DNA from: an uncultured Candidatus Saccharibacteria bacterium
Lineage (GTDB): Bacteria > Patescibacteriota > Minisyncoccia > JAHISW01 > Tagabacteraceae
Reading direction: 5' to 3'
DNA length: 46,499 bases
NCBI GenBank assembly: GCA_964601305.1
Contig: CAZRMW010000006.1
Location: forward strand, 1 to 46,499
Positions 33,590 to 42,302 of the stretch are shown here, piece after piece. The stretch's first letter is position 1; each line of letters opens with the position of its first letter. A program made the translations under genes and the position numbers. The notes beneath the pieces are model-generated. The model saw nothing but the letters and a program-made list of their open reading frames with translations. It did no database searches and was not told the DNA's origin.

Positions 33590-33887
33590 TTTGGTAAAGT
33601 ACTGGAAATACCCCAGCCCTAATTTTACAAGACAGGTGTTGGTGGTGCACTCCCCGAAGTATAAATGCTTCGCATTTAACTACGGGGCAGGCGCTTACGG
33701 GCAGAGTTTAGAAAGGACTACTTGCCACGTAGTCAAACTGAAAGTTTGTACTACTGTGGATCTGGCTCTGCACCGCGAGGCAAAGGCTTGATTAGTAATA
33801 AATTAAAGTCTAGTATAAAAATATTAGTAAAATTAGAGCGGGGCTGTGTTTTTCTAAACTCACTTCGTTCGTTAAGACAAAACAAGC
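33590..33887 (+). ncRNA. GC-rich (about 48%) highly structured region immediately upstream of rpsT. Candidate small ncRNA or S20 autoregulatory leader. Class unknown.
   Basis: Multiple perfect local stems read directly: cgaag/cttcg, gactac/gtagtc, caaact/agtttg and cccc...gggg. The compositional contrast with the flanks is sharp. Confidence 0.4.
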
Positions 33888-34157
33888 GTGCCAATAACAA
33901 GTGCAGCAAAAAAGGCCTTAAGGCAAACGGAAAGAAAAACTGTTTTTAATCTGCGAAGAAAGCGTGCAATGAAGGGCCAAATAAAAGAAATTAGTAAACT
34001 TCTTAAAGAAAACAAACAAGAAGAGGCTTTTAAACTTGTACCAAAAGCCTATAAAGCAATAGATAAAGCCGCCAAGAGGGGAGTAATAAAGAAAAACACA
34101 GCGTCCCGCAAAAAATCTAGGCTTGTAAAAGCTATCCAAAATACAACCAAGAAATAA
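33888..34157 (+). CDS. rpsT: 30S ribosomal protein S20, with a GTG start.
   Basis: PITSAAKKALRQTERK...KAIDKAAKRGVIKKNTASRKKSRLVKAI matches the S20 pattern. Confidence 0.8.
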   Translation: MPITSAAKKALRQTERKTVFNLRRKRAMKGQIKEISKLLKENKQEEAFKLVPKAYKAIDKAAKRGVIKKNTASRKKSRLVKAIQNTTKK

Positions 34158-34181
34158 GGTTTTGAAAACAAGGAGATAAAA

Positions 34182-34424
34182 ATGCCGATAGACTTAGCTG
34201 ATGTGAAAGAAATAAGAGAAATGCGTAGTGGAACACACAGCGAACACACTATAAATGAAAAATTAGCATCAGGAATATGGAAAATTTTAGAAGCAAAGAT
34301 CGTCAAAAAACAAGATTGGGTCGCATCAGAAAAAAATGATGGTTTCTTAAAAAAAGATTCTGAAATAATTTATATCCTCGGCAGAACAAAAGACGAGAAA
34401 ATGAATCCTGATGGATATGTATAA
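34182..34424 (+). CDS. Hypothetical protein, 80 aa.
   Basis: AAGGAG RBS upstream. Confidence 0.4.
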   Translation: MPIDLADVKEIREMRSGTHSEHTINEKLASGIWKILEAKIVKKQDWVASEKNDGFLKKDSEIIYILGRTKDEKMNPDGYV

Positions 34425-34507
34425 AAATAGAAAAAAGAAAATAAGGTGGTTCCGCGTGAGCCACTTTTTTGTTTAAGTAGATTTAATAAATAGTTTTTGT
34501 TAGTATA

Positions 34508-34996
34508 TTGCATATGAAATTAGAAAAAACAGATAATAATCTAGAAAAAATAAAAAAGAATGTTGAAAAAGAATATAAAAAAATAAAAAAAGTATTTTGC
34601 CCATATTTTAGTGAAAAAATTTCTTTCAACAGAAGGGGTTTAAAACATATTAAATTTAAAAAAGAAAAAGAAGCAAGAAACAGGCAGGACCAATACATTA
34701 GATTAAAAAATCTCTATCTAGCACCAAAAATCATTAGTAAGAGTCATACCCTTCAAGAAACCAGAACAGAAAAAGGGTTTGTTCAAGTAAAAACAAATTC
34801 CAGAAACGAAAAGATTTTAAAACAAATTAATTACTATGGTTTTATTGCAATACTTGAAGAGGGTAATTTTCAAAAAAGATTAAAAGTAATTGTTAGAGAG
34901 GTTGAAGGAGGTCAAAAACATTTTTGGAGCATTGTTCCTTTCTGGAAAAATAATAGAGAAATAAAATTATTTTCTGGAAACCCTAAAGAAGATTAA
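34508..34996 (+). CDS. Hypothetical basic protein, 162 aa, in an extremely AT-rich segment.
   Basis: ORF only. Confidence 0.35.
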   Translation: MHMKLEKTDNNLEKIKKNVEKEYKKIKKVFCPYFSEKISFNRRGLKHIKFKKEKEARNRQDQYIRLKNLYLAPKIISKSHTLQETRTEKGFVQVKTNSRNEKILKQINYYGFIAILEEGNFQKRLKVIVREVEGGQKHFWSIVPFWKNNREIKLFSGNPKED

Positions 34997-35024
34997 AACT
35001 AAAAAACGCCAACAGAGTTGGTGT

Positions 35025-35095
35025 ATTTTAGTGTGTTTGGTTACGGTTTGGTGACCCTTGACCGTGACAGGGTAAAGACCCTCCAAACACACCTT
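35025..35095. other. Compound multi-hairpin element between two convergent genes.
   Basis: Outer stem gtgtgtttgg/ccaaacacac enclosing inner stems acggt/accgt and agggt/accct. Confidence 0.4.
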
Positions 35096-35149
35096 TATAG
35101 TATCAGCAATAAAAAAAAAATCAAGTTTTTTTTGGATAATTATATCTTT

Positions 35150-35857
35150 TTATATCCTAAGTAAAAATTTTTCTAAGCCTATTTTGATGTCAGCGGCACC
35201 GCGGCGACTTTTGTGATATAAATCTATGAATTCACCTAAAAATTTCTCTAGCTCGCCATCCTTAAATAATTCCGTGTTTTTTTGTGTTTTTTTATAAACA
35301 AACGGATGTAAATTTTTTCCCCCGCCTTTTTTTACTAAAAGTAGATTTTTTATTTGCCACATTACCTTAAAAAACACTTCTTCTACATCTATACCTTTTA
35401 ATACTTCTTCTTGAAAAAGAAGCCAAGCGTCGTTTTTCTTTCTTCCAGCCACCAAATCTGTAATTTTAAAATATATTGCCAATTCTTTTTTTCTTTCGGC
35501 TCTTTTGTCTACACTATATTCAAATATATTTTTAGCACATTTTTGTACCTCTTTTAGATCTGTTGGTTTAATTTTTTCCTCTAGAAAAACAAAAATATTT
35601 TCAGAATTATTCAGAGCCTCTAGGTTTTCTAATATGTATTCTTTAGCAATAGAATTATTAAAAACTCTTTTTAATAGAACTAAGCATTTTTGTCCAAAAA
35701 GCCCATCTGTTTTAAAAACATTTTTAAATTCGTCTAGTTCAAAAGTGTCATCATCAAATCTAAAAACAGAGAGATTACCCTCTTTAAAAGAATTAGCTAT
35801 TTCCTTAAATTTATTTAAACTTTCTTCTGTTTTATTTCCGTAGACAAAATATATCAT
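35150..35857 (-). CDS. holA: DNA polymerase III delta-subunit-like (HolA-like) protein.
   Basis: N-terminal MIYFVYG...LFGQKCLVLL pattern and position downstream of polA. Assignment is tentative. Confidence 0.4.
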   Translation of the reverse strand: MIYFVYGNKTEESLNKFKEIANSFKEGNLSVFRFDDDTFELDEFKNVFKTDGLFGQKCLVLLKRVFNNSIAKEYILENLEALNNSENIFVFLEEKIKPTDLKEVQKCAKNIFEYSVDKRAERKKELAIYFKITDLVAGRKKNDAWLLFQEEVLKGIDVEEVFFKVMWQIKNLLLVKKGGGKNLHPFVYKKTQKNTELFKDGELEKFLGEFIDLYHKSRRGAADIKIGLEKFLLRI

Positions 35858-35950
35858 AATAATTTCTAATTGCTCTAATTGACCTAATTGCTCTAAAAAT
35901 TTAAAAATTGGTGTTTGGGATTTATTTAGGTTAATTAGAAATTAGATTAA

Positions 35951-38302
35951 TTAGGTTAATTTTCTAAGCGTGCCCCAATTTTTACCAACTAGCACATCTA
36001 CCTCGGTAGTTACTTTTGGTAACACATCTTTTTCCATAGCACTTTCTATAATCGGCACCACTTTTTCTACTATATCATCTTTAATTTCAAAAATTAATTC
36101 ATCATGTACCTGCAAAAGTAGTTTTGCATCACTTTCTAATTTTTTTTCTTTCAAAATCTTGTCTACATCTACCATCGCCACTTTTATAATATCTGCTGCA
36201 GTGCCTTGAATGGGAGCATTTATTGCCATCCTCTCCGCCTCTTTACGAATATACTCAATGGGGGAGCTGGCCTCCGGCAAATACCTTCTTCTTCCAAGAA
36301 GAGTTTCGCTATAACCCTTTTTCCTAACGCTACTCTTTGTGCTTTCCATATATTCTGTTATACCCGGAAAATCATGGAAATATTCATCGTAAAATTTTTG
36401 TGCTTCCTCTTTAGTGCACTCCAAGTTTTTCTTTAGACTATTTATTCCCATACCATAAGCTATGCCGAAGTTTATTATTTTTGCTCGGCGACGCATTTCT
36501 TTTGTTACATCTTCTGGTTTTACATTAAAAACTTCCGAAGCCACTTTTGCATGAATATCTGCTTTGTTTTTAAAAGCGCTTATCAATTTTTTATCTTGGC
36601 TTAAAGACGCCACTATACGAAGCTCTATTTGAGAATAATCAAAAGACACCAAACTCCAACCCCTTGGAGCCACAAAAGCCTTTCTTACTGCGCGCCCGAA
36701 CTCTGTTCGAGTAGGAATATTTTGTAAATTTGGATCTGAAGAAGAAAGCCTACCAGTTGCAGTACCTGTTTGATTAAAAGTAGTGTGCAAACGCCCATCT
36801 TCGCCAACCATACCAGGCAGATTATCTACATATGTAGAAGTGAGCTTAGCAAGCTCACGGTAAGAAAATATTTCTTTTATTATTTCGTGCCTATCTTGTA
36901 TTTTTTCGAGTTCTGAAAATCGAGTGGATATTGCACCTGTACCAGTTTTTCTCATTCCTTTGGGAGAAATTTCTAATTTTTTAAAAAGTACTTCTGATAA
37001 TTGCTTTGGAGATCTTATGTTAAACTCGCCACCGGCTAATTTCCAAATTTTGTTTTGCAAACTGTCTAATTTTTTGTGATACTCTTTGCTTAAATTTTTT
37101 AGAAAATCTACATCTAGTAAAATCCCTTTATCTTGCATACCTTCTAAAATTTTTATTAAAGGAAGCTCTACATCTTCGTATAATTTATTTAATTTATCTT
37201 TTTTAAGTTTATCTAAAATTTTTTCTTTGGCTGTCTCTAAAGATTTTACTCTCATTTCAGACAAGATGTCATTTGTGGAAGGATTTGTTTTTCTAGAGTC
37301 TAGAAGCCAGAAAGCTAACTTTGTTTCATGTTCGACATTGGATGTCGAACAAATGCTAGTTTGGGATATTTTTACATCTCCCGCTGGAATTACTACTTTA
37401 TTTATCAAACTTCTAAATCCATGCTCCATTAAAAAATCTTTTAACTTTTCACTAGAAAAATCTGCATTCCACCTGCTATCTTCTAAAGAAAAATCTACTG
37501 GAATATCTCTTTTGGAAAGTGCTAGTGCCTTACTAAAAAGAGCTTCTTTTTTGTTTTCTTTCAGTAAATTTATTATTCTTGGCTTTATACCAGCTTTTAT
37601 AAATTCTTCTTCACCCTTGTCTAGTTTTTTATAAATATCTTCAAGTGATCCAAGTTTTGAAATTAAAGTTTTAGCTGTTTTTTCCCCAATACCCACCACA
37701 CCAATTATATTATCTGAAGGATCTCCCATAAGCCCCTTGAAGTCGGGGACTAGTTCCGGACCAAACCCATATCTATCTATTACTGCTTTTTCATCATAGA
37801 AAACAGAATCTTTTATACCACGCTTCATTGTATAAATTCTCACACCTAGGCGAATAAGTTGAAGGGTGTCTAAATCTCCAGTAACTACTATTATTTCTAA
37901 ATCTTCTTGCCCCGCTCGGCGGGGTTTTAATTTTTCTACAATAGTCGCCAAAACATCATCTGCTTCAAATCCTTCATGTTCATAGATTGGTACATCTAAA
38001 AGTTCAAGTGCCTCTTTGGCTCTTTCTATTTGTGAACTTAATTCATCGGCCATTTTAGGTCTTTTTGCTTTGTAGGCTTTATAAATTTCGTGCCTAAAAG
38101 TAGGTTTTGGTAAATCAAAACAAGCTGCGATATAGTCTGGCTTAAAATCGTTTATTGTTTTTAAAACTGTTACCAAAAATCCATATAGCGCGCCCGTGGG
38201 CTCTCCTTTTGGGGAAGTGAACCCTGGCATAGCATGAAAAGCGCGGTGCAAAACCGCATGAGAATCTAGTAAAACCAATCTTTTTTTCTTTTTTTCTGCC
38301 AT
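35951..38302 (-). CDS. polA: DNA polymerase I (5'-3' exonuclease plus polymerase domains). It carries an in-frame GC-palindrome insertion encoding PRRAGQ.
   Basis: Motif A DYSQIELRIVA, motif C QVHDELIFE, and an N-terminal FEN-like domain. Confidence 0.9.
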   Translation of the reverse strand: MAEKKKKRLVLLDSHAVLHRAFHAMPGFTSPKGEPTGALYGFLVTVLKTINDFKPDYIAACFDLPKPTFRHEIYKAYKAKRPKMADELSSQIERAKEALELLDVPIYEHEGFEADDVLATIVEKLKPRRAGQEDLEIIVVTGDLDTLQLIRLGVRIYTMKRGIKDSVFYDEKAVIDRYGFGPELVPDFKGLMGDPSDNIIGVVGIGEKTAKTLISKLGSLEDIYKKLDKGEEEFIKAGIKPRIINLLKENKKEALFSKALALSKRDIPVDFSLEDSRWNADFSSEKLKDFLMEHGFRSLINKVVIPAGDVKISQTSICSTSNVEHETKLAFWLLDSRKTNPSTNDILSEMRVKSLETAKEKILDKLKKDKLNKLYEDVELPLIKILEGMQDKGILLDVDFLKNLSKEYHKKLDSLQNKIWKLAGGEFNIRSPKQLSEVLFKKLEISPKGMRKTGTGAISTRFSELEKIQDRHEIIKEIFSYRELAKLTSTYVDNLPGMVGEDGRLHTTFNQTGTATGRLSSSDPNLQNIPTRTEFGRAVRKAFVAPRGWSLVSFDYSQIELRIVASLSQDKKLISAFKNKADIHAKVASEVFNVKPEDVTKEMRRRAKIINFGIAYGMGINSLKKNLECTKEEAQKFYDEYFHDFPGITEYMESTKSSVRKKGYSETLLGRRRYLPEASSPIEYIRKEAERMAINAPIQGTAADIIKVAMVDVDKILKEKKLESDAKLLLQVHDELIFEIKDDIVEKVVPIIESAMEKDVLPKVTTEVDVLVGKNWGTLRKLT
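37906..37926. repeat. GC-rich palindromic element cttgccccgctcggcggggtt, in-frame inside polA. Other copies are at 9654, 11119, 22058, 22970, 23000, 30575 and 40383, with a degenerate copy at 26576.
   Basis: Read directly. A 6-bp GC stem (ccccgc/gcgggg) with a 4-nt centre. Confidence 0.8.
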
Positions 38303-38309
38303 TAATTTT

Positions 38310-38331
38310 AGTATACACCATAGTGTATACT
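38310..38331. promoter_or_regulatory. Perfect palindrome agtatacac-cata-gtgtatact, 8-30 nt upstream of the polA ATG.
   Basis: Read directly. It overlaps a TATACT -10-like box. Confidence 0.4.
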
Positions 38332-38466
38332 ACTAAAAATTAAATCCTATTCTTGCTATTTGGCACGATCGTTGATTTTTGCAAGAATAGGAAAATGGGG
38401 TAAGTTACTAAAACAAAAAAGCAGGCCATTTCTGGACTGCTTTTTGAAGTTCGACTATTTTATACT

Positions 38467-38691
38467 TTATACTTTTTCAATAATCAAGAGATTAACATGT
38501 GGAGAGGGAAGTTTTTTCCCACTCCCACTTACAACATCTCTTTTTTCTGCTCTGACAAACACCTCTTGTCCATCTTCTTTAATCCCCAATGTGTCTTCAA
38601 CAAAAGCAGTGTCTTGAATATTTTCCAAAACAATTTTTAGTCTAGCTCTTTCAATTTCAATCTTCATATCCTTCTCCTTTTTAAGATTCAT
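38467..38691 (-). CDS. Hypothetical protein, 74 aa.
   Basis: ORF in an operon with tsaE. Confidence 0.35.
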   Translation of the reverse strand: MNLKKEKDMKIEIERARLKIVLENIQDTAFVEDTLGIKEDGQEVFVRAEKRDVVSGSGKKLPSPHVNLLIIEKV

Positions 38692-38708
38692 TTAAATCAA
38701 AGATATCT

Positions 38709-39188
38709 TTACTTAAAACAAATGTCAACAACACGCTCCTTTTCGGATTTATGTCCAAACTTTATCCAAATTGTGTTTTTGGGAAGAGTCTTTTTTACTT
38801 TTTCTGGCCATTCTATTAAAATTATATTTTTTGGATCTTCTATTAATTCTTTCCAGCCCAATTCTAATAAATCTTTTTCGCCCTCAAGTCGATAACTATC
38901 GATATGTGCCATCAATTTGTAATTTGTAGTTTGTGGTTTGTAGTTCTTCATAATAGTGAAAGTAGGGCTTGTGATTTTTTCTTTAATTCCTAGTGCTTTT
39001 GCAAAACCTTGGGTAAAAGTAGTTTTACCTGCGCCTAAATCTCCTTGCAACGCTACCACAACTGCATTAACCGACATACGATGTCGGTTCTCTTGGTTCT
39101 TTAAAATTTTTTTTGCCAAACCTTCTGCTAATTTATGAGTTTGGCTAATTGACTTTGAAATAGTTCTCATTTCTAAATCTAACCACAA
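38709..39188 (-). CDS. tsaE: tRNA threonylcarbamoyladenosine biosynthesis ATPase TsaE.
   Basis: ALQGDLGAGKTTFTQGFAKALGI...SPTFT is the TsaE/YjeE signature. Confidence 0.85.
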   Translation of the reverse strand: MWLDLEMRTISKSISQTHKLAEGLAKKILKNQENRHRMSVNAVVVALQGDLGAGKTTFTQGFAKALGIKEKITSPTFTIMKNYKPQTTNYKLMAHIDSYRLEGEKDLLELGWKELIEDPKNIILIEWPEKVKKTLPKNTIWIKFGHKSEKERVVDICFK

Positions 39189-39245
39189 CTTTCATACCCA
39201 ATCAATATTGATAGATAATTTTCAAAATGCTAACAAGAAGATAAT

Positions 39246-40334
39246 ATGTCATCAGCAATAGACAAAATTAAATCTCTAATAGAAGATTCTCAAAGTTTTG
39301 CCATACTTTCTGACAAAAATCCCGAAAACTTTGAATTCCTAGCAAAAGAAGCTCTAAAAACAACCATAAACAAAAAAAATATTCCTATTATTGAACTACC
39401 TCAAACACATGAGGATTTAAAAAACGAGTGGTCTGATATTATTTCTAAAGAGACATTAACAAAATTTCCTAAAAAGACCGTTGTAAAATTACCCAAAGAA
39501 AAATATAAAGTAAAAGAAGTTTCTTACAAAGACGATCCGGAAAATGTTTCTTTTTTAATAACTTCCGAAAACAATACTATAGAGAAAGAGGATGTTTCTT
39601 TAGAAGAAATGCTTCCTTGTCCAGATGTTGTTTTTTGTTTTTTTGAAAACAAAAATAAAATAGAAAATTTTAAAAATTCTTTAGAGTTACTAAATCGAGA
39701 AAAAATAGTTTTTATAACACAAGAGGGAAGAACAACTACCGAAAAAATTTTTGATATTTTAAAAATTATAAACTCAAATATTTTAGATGAAAAAAATGTT
39801 GTAAATTTACTACTAGCATCTTTAATTACCGAAACAAATAATTTTTCAAACAAAAAGACAAAAGAAACTTTGTCTCTGGGAAGTACCCTTTTAGAAAACG
39901 GGGGTAATCAAGAAAACATCTTAAAAATAATAGAAAAAAAAGAAAAAGGACTATTTTTTACTCAAATTTTAGGCAGAGCTTTGGCTAGAACTTACGTAGA
40001 TGACGAACTAAAAACTTCGTGGAGTTTTTTAAATAGTCGCGATTTACAAAAAACAAACAATAGCAATATTTCTATAAAAAATTTATACAAACTTACAAAA
40101 AAAATAGGTCAATCTATAAAAAAACAAAATTTAAACATACTTTGCTGGCAAACCGAAGAGGGAATAAAATCTATAATCTCTGCTGGACTAGGAAAAGGAG
40201 AAAACTATTTATTACCACTAGCTCACCAAATGAATGCAAAAATTGAAAGCAGGTTTTTTGTAATAGGACCTTTTAAAAATTTTTCAGAGTCAGAAATATA
40301 TCTAAAAAACACCTTAAAAGATATTAGTTTGTAG
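39246..40334 (+). CDS. Hypothetical protein, 362 aa.
   Basis: ORF only. Confidence 0.35.
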   Translation: MSSAIDKIKSLIEDSQSFAILSDKNPENFEFLAKEALKTTINKKNIPIIELPQTHEDLKNEWSDIISKETLTKFPKKTVVKLPKEKYKVKEVSYKDDPENVSFLITSENNTIEKEDVSLEEMLPCPDVVFCFFENKNKIENFKNSLELLNREKIVFITQEGRTTTEKIFDILKIINSNILDEKNVVNLLLASLITETNNFSNKKTKETLSLGSTLLENGGNQENILKIIEKKEKGLFFTQILGRALARTYVDDELKTSWSFLNSRDLQKTNNSNISIKNLYKLTKKIGQSIKKQNLNILCWQTEEGIKSIISAGLGKGENYLLPLAHQMNAKIESRFFVIGPFKNFSESEIYLKNTLKDISL

Positions 40335-40362
40335 TGTTGTTGTGGTATAATTAAAGAAAAAC

Positions 40363-42048
40363 ATGACATTAAGAAAAAACATTCCCGCCGAGCGGGACAA
40401 GCAAGAAGAAAAAATACAAATCCTTAAAAGAAAGGAAGAGGAAGATGTTACCCAAATTTTGTCTCAAAAATACGGTATTTCTTATGTAGATCTAAGAAAA
40501 ATGTCTGTAGATTTAGATTATTTAAAACTGATACCAGAAAATAAAGCACGAGAAGGTAAAATTGTAGTGTTTCAAGGTGTAGGCAAAAAAGCACAAATTG
40601 CGGTACAAAATCCAGAACTAGAATCAACAAAAAATATTATAAAAGAACTTTCTCAAGAGGAATACATTCCCCAATTATTTTTATCTTCTCTTTCTGGTCT
40701 CTCAGAGGTTTGGGAAAAATACAAAGAAGTACCTAAATTTGTTGAACTTTCAAAAGGTACTGTAGAAATTTCTTCGGAAAAAATATCAGAGCTTTTGGAA
40801 CAAGATTTTACTGTAGAACACTTGAAAACAATGTTTTTAGAAAACATACAAAGTAAAAAAGAAAGAAGTGTTTCAGATCTTATAGAAATAATTCTTGGGG
40901 GAGCTCTTAAAATGAAGGCTTCAGATGTTCATATTGAACCATTTGAAGATAATGTAAAATTAAGGTTCCGTTTTGATGGAGTGCTTCATGATATTTTGGA
41001 TTTTAAGCTTAAATCTTATAAACTTTTAATTTCTAGGATCAAATTAGTTTCAGAAATGAAATTGAATATAAAACAAAAAGCTCAAGATGGAAGATTTTCT
41101 ATAAAAATAAACGACACTGAAATAGAGGTGAGGTCTTCTATTTTACCTGGGCCATATGGAGAATCAGTGGTTTTAAGAATTCTAAATCCAGAAACAATAG
41201 ATGTAAAATTTGAAAATCTTGGACTGCAAAAAAATCTAGAAGAAATACTTGAAAAAGAAATTAAAAAACCAAACGGTATGATTTTAACAACAGGGCCTAC
41301 TGGATCTGGAAAAACAACCACACTATATACTTTTCTAAAAAAAATAAATAACCCAGAAATAAAAATAATAACAATTGAAGAACCTATAGAATATCATCTT
41401 GAAGGAATTACCCAAACACAAACCAAACCAGAAAAGAATTATACTTTTTCTACTGGTCTTCGAGCAATTGTAAGACAAGACCCAGATGTAATAATGATAG
41501 GTGAAATAAGAGACAAAGAAACTGCTGACACATCCTTAAACGCTGCTCTTACTGGACACCTTGTGTTGTCTACTCTTCATACAAATGATGCTGCCGGCAC
41601 AATCCCACGCTTAATAGAATTAGGTGCTAAAACAGCCGTTATTGCTCCTTCTATAAATATTACCTTAGCACAAAGACTTATAAGAAAGCTTTGTAGTAAT
41701 TGTAAAGTAGCTTATTCACCAACACCAGAGGAAAAAGAAATTTTGGAAAAATTTATAAACACTCTTCCTGAAAGTATAGAAAAACCAAATTTAAAAAACA
41801 TTAAATTATATAAAGCAAACCAGTGCGAAAAATGTAGAAACACAGGGTATAACGGAAGAATAGGTATATTTGAGGCTATTATAGTAGACGAAGAAATGGA
41901 AAAACTTATCCTAAATAACCCATCAACTGTTGAAATAAAAGAAACTGCAAAATCCCAAGGTATTATAGATATACAGCAAGATGCAATTTTAAAAATAATT
42001 GAAGGAATTACTTCTATCGACGAAGTAAAAAGAGTTATTGAAATATAA
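40363..42048 (+). CDS. pilB: Type II/IV secretion ATPase (PilB/GspE family). It carries a GC-palindrome insertion at codons 7-13 (encoding IPAERDK).
   Basis: Walker A GPTGSGKTTTLY, Asp box, His box, and a C-terminal CxxC...CxxC. Confidence 0.85.
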   Translation: MTLRKNIPAERDKQEEKIQILKRKEEEDVTQILSQKYGISYVDLRKMSVDLDYLKLIPENKAREGKIVVFQGVGKKAQIAVQNPELESTKNIIKELSQEEYIPQLFLSSLSGLSEVWEKYKEVPKFVELSKGTVEISSEKISELLEQDFTVEHLKTMFLENIQSKKERSVSDLIEIILGGALKMKASDVHIEPFEDNVKLRFRFDGVLHDILDFKLKSYKLLISRIKLVSEMKLNIKQKAQDGRFSIKINDTEIEVRSSILPGPYGESVVLRILNPETIDVKFENLGLQKNLEEILEKEIKKPNGMILTTGPTGSGKTTTLYTFLKKINNPEIKIITIEEPIEYHLEGITQTQTKPEKNYTFSTGLRAIVRQDPDVIMIGEIRDKETADTSLNAALTGHLVLSTLHTNDAAGTIPRLIELGAKTAVIAPSINITLAQRLIRKLCSNCKVAYSPTPEEKEILEKFINTLPESIEKPNLKNIKLYKANQCEKCRNTGYNGRIGIFEAIIVDEEMEKLILNNPSTVEIKETAKSQGIIDIQQDAILKIIEGITSIDEVKRVIEI

Positions 42049-42068
42049 AAAGCCGAAGAGTCACAAGA

Positions 42069-42252
42069 AGACCCCTAAAGTCTCCAAGCAATTGCTTTTA
42101 GTGTGGGCACCAAAAGCTTAAGATTTTTTAAAGGATAACTTTCGCTTGTTAGTAAAACTAACAAACCAAAATGTCCTTAGGTGGTCCAATTAAAATTGGT
42201 CCAAAAATCCCAAAAAATAATAAAATTATTTGCTTGGAGACTTTAGGGGTCT
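42069..42252. mobile_element. 184-bp element with perfect 23-bp terminal inverted repeats (AGACCCCTAAAGTCTCCAAGCAA). MITE-like, or a long-stem hairpin RNA.
   Basis: Inverted repeats at 42069-42091 and 42230-42252. There is an internal palindrome ggtccaatt/aattggtcc and no ORF. Confidence 0.5.
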
Positions 42253-42302
42253 TATATAAACTATATTTTAAGTTTCAATCATTCTAACAATAAATACAAT
42301 AC

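Noticed and set aside
33573-33949. ORFs of 72 and 75 aa in the structured region upstream of rpsT.
   Set aside because: No RBS, Cys- and Arg-rich in the manner typical of GC-rich non-coding sequence, and they overlap the rpsT start region.
35858-35950. Possible CRISPR array.
   Set aside because: The repeats are 5-8 nt AT-rich units without regular spacers of about 30 nt. No cas genes are present.
42069-42252. IS element with a transposase.
   Set aside because: There is no ORF between the 23-bp inverted repeats. The 184-bp total length fits only a non-autonomous MITE or an RNA hairpin.
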